Shown piece after piece: positions 15,226-16,130 of a DNA stretch of 16,130 nt; positions within the stretch are counted from its first letter, which is position 1, and every line of letters starts with the position of its first letter. Origin of the DNA: Gemmatimonadota bacterium (GTDB taxonomy: Bacteria > Gemmatimonadota > Gemmatimonadetes > Longimicrobiales > Gaopeijiaceae). Below the pieces are notes generated by a model. It saw nothing but the letters and a program-made list of their open reading frames with translations. It was not told the origin of the DNA and searched no databases. The translations under genes were made by a program, and so were the position numbers. Where the stretch lies: the NCBI GenBank assembly GCA_021295815.1, contig JAGWBQ010000028.1:1-16130 (forward strand), read 5' to 3'.

Positions 15226-15924
15226 ATGTCCGCAGCCCCAAAGATCAAATTCGCGGCGATCCTCGCGGTCTATCTCACCGCCATCTGGTTCCTCTGGAAC
15301 ACGCCCTACATCTTCCCGATCAAGATCTTCGTGGTCTTTCTCCACGAGGTGAGCCACGCCCTGACCGCGGTGCTGTCGGGAGGATCGGTGGAGAGCATCG
15401 AGATCAACAGGCTCCAGGGCGGATATGCGATCACGAGGGGAGGGATACCCTTCCTGTCCGCGAGCGCCGGCTACCTCGGGAGTCTTTTCTGGGGCGTGGT
15501 CCTCGCCAGGCTTGCCATGTGGCGCAGGGTGAGCGGAGGCCTGACTCTGGCGATCCTGGGCGTGCTGGTGCTGGTCACGACAGCGGTCTGGGTGCGGGGC
15601 GAGTTCGGATGGCTCTTCGGCGCGCTCTTCGGCGCCGGATGCATCCTGGCCGGCAGGTTCCTCCCTCGGACCGTCAGCCGAGGTACGGTTCTGCTGCTCG
15701 GCCTCACAAGCATTCTCTATGCGATCTGGGACATCAAGGACGACATCATCGACCGTCCCGAAGTCATGTCCGACGCCGCCATTCTCGCTGAGATGACCGG
15801 ATTTCCGACGATGTTCTGGGGCGTCATCTGGATCGCCGTCGCCATGTTCGTCGCCTGGAAGGAGCTGGTCAGAGCCTTCAGACGCGCCGGGGCGCCCGGG
15901 AGGGAGCAAGCCGGGGGCGAGTAG
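15226..15924 (+). CDS. Polytopic membrane metallopeptidase, M50B-like (HExxH within a TM helix)
   Basis: 232 aa with five to six predicted TM helices. The first hydrophobic helix carries HEVSH (nt 15343-15357; VVFLHEVSHALTAVLSGG), like the peptidase_M50B / site-2-protease-like family. The ATG lies 1 nt after the PPIase stop, so translational coupling is likely. Confidence 0.6.
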   Translation: MSAAPKIKFAAILAVYLTAIWFLWNTPYIFPIKIFVVFLHEVSHALTAVLSGGSVESIEINRLQGGYAITRGGIPFLSASAGYLGSLFWGVVLARLAMWRRVSGGLTLAILGVLVLVTTAVWVRGEFGWLFGALFGAGCILAGRFLPRTVSRGTVLLLGLTSILYAIWDIKDDIIDRPEVMSDAAILAEMTGFPTMFWGVIWIAVAMFVAWKELVRAFRRAGAPGREQAGGE

Positions 15925-16098
15925 GCTCGGCCTCGCGAACCTCGGTAGGTCCGCCCGGTTGAAACTGGGCCTGCGGGACCTGTCTCTCGGGATGCAAGAA
16001 CCTCAATATGGCCACCGAGCGGCCACGCGAAGTGTCCGGTGCCCACCTCTTTGGAGTTGCCCCGCTATGACGGACATGTTTCCTTTTGGGTGCAACCT

Positions 16099-16105
16099 AA
16101 GGAGG
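16099..16105 (+). promoter_or_regulatory. Strong Shine-Dalgarno site (AAGGAGG) 6 nt upstream of the ATG at 16112
   Basis: Read directly: cctAAGGAGGtgagtcATGgcggga. Confidence 0.7.
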
Positions 16106-16111
16106 TGAGTC

Positions 16112-16130
16112 ATGGCGGGAAGAAGGCGAG
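16112..16130 (+). CDS. 5' end of an unidentified gene (MAGRRR...), truncated by the window end
   Basis: ATG with a near-consensus SD at optimal spacing. Only 6 codons are visible, so no product can be assigned. Confidence 0.45.

Noticed and set aside
15139-15909. 256-aa - strand ORF
   Set aside because: It is antisense to the M50B-like membrane protein. Its composition is hydrophilic and Asp/Glu/Arg-rich, against a clearly hydrophobic, motif-bearing sense frame.
1-16130. CRISPR arrays, IS elements, integrases, phage genes, toxin-antitoxin pairs
   Set aside because: I found no regularly spaced direct repeats, no transposase/integrase/recombinase-like ORFs and no small paired ORFs in the intergenic gaps (424-533, 1974-2110, 3017-3085, 4160-4298, 10011-10156, 12549-12701, 14043-14126, 15925-16111). 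The window looks like chromosomal core sequence.

Overview
This 16.1-kb window has about 68-70% GC and is densely coding. I can support about 18 protein-coding genes. I see no rRNA, tRNA, CRISPR array or transposase/integrase. The organism is unidentified; a Kdo transferase implies a diderm LPS producer, and several genes carry strong Shine-Dalgarno sites. The + strand carries three short gene groups, covered in findings 1 to 3. On the - strand, from about 12548 down to 5461, lies a tightly packed run: a coiled-coil/CarboxypepD_reg-like lipoprotein, MocA-like Moco cytidylyltransferase and XdhC accessory protein, then a candidate promoter and gyrA. The gyrA stop overlaps the start of a threonine/serine dehydratase (GTGA), which is followed by an HAD hydrolase and a stand-alone XdhC N-domain protein, all with start/stop overlaps. 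A second thiol-redox pair, TlpA-like thioredoxin plus CcdA, sits at 12702-14042 on the - strand. All other long six-frame ORFs are antisense or off-frame artefacts typical of high-GC DNA; their translations are Arg/Pro/Gly-rich. I see nothing that is clearly a novel system. The most system-like candidates are the SPFH-HExxH lipoprotein pair, the apparently split XdhC (a full-length copy with a degenerate N-domain plus a separately encoded canonical N-domain), the gyrA-coupled metabolic trio, and four thiol-disulfide proteins within 10 kb.
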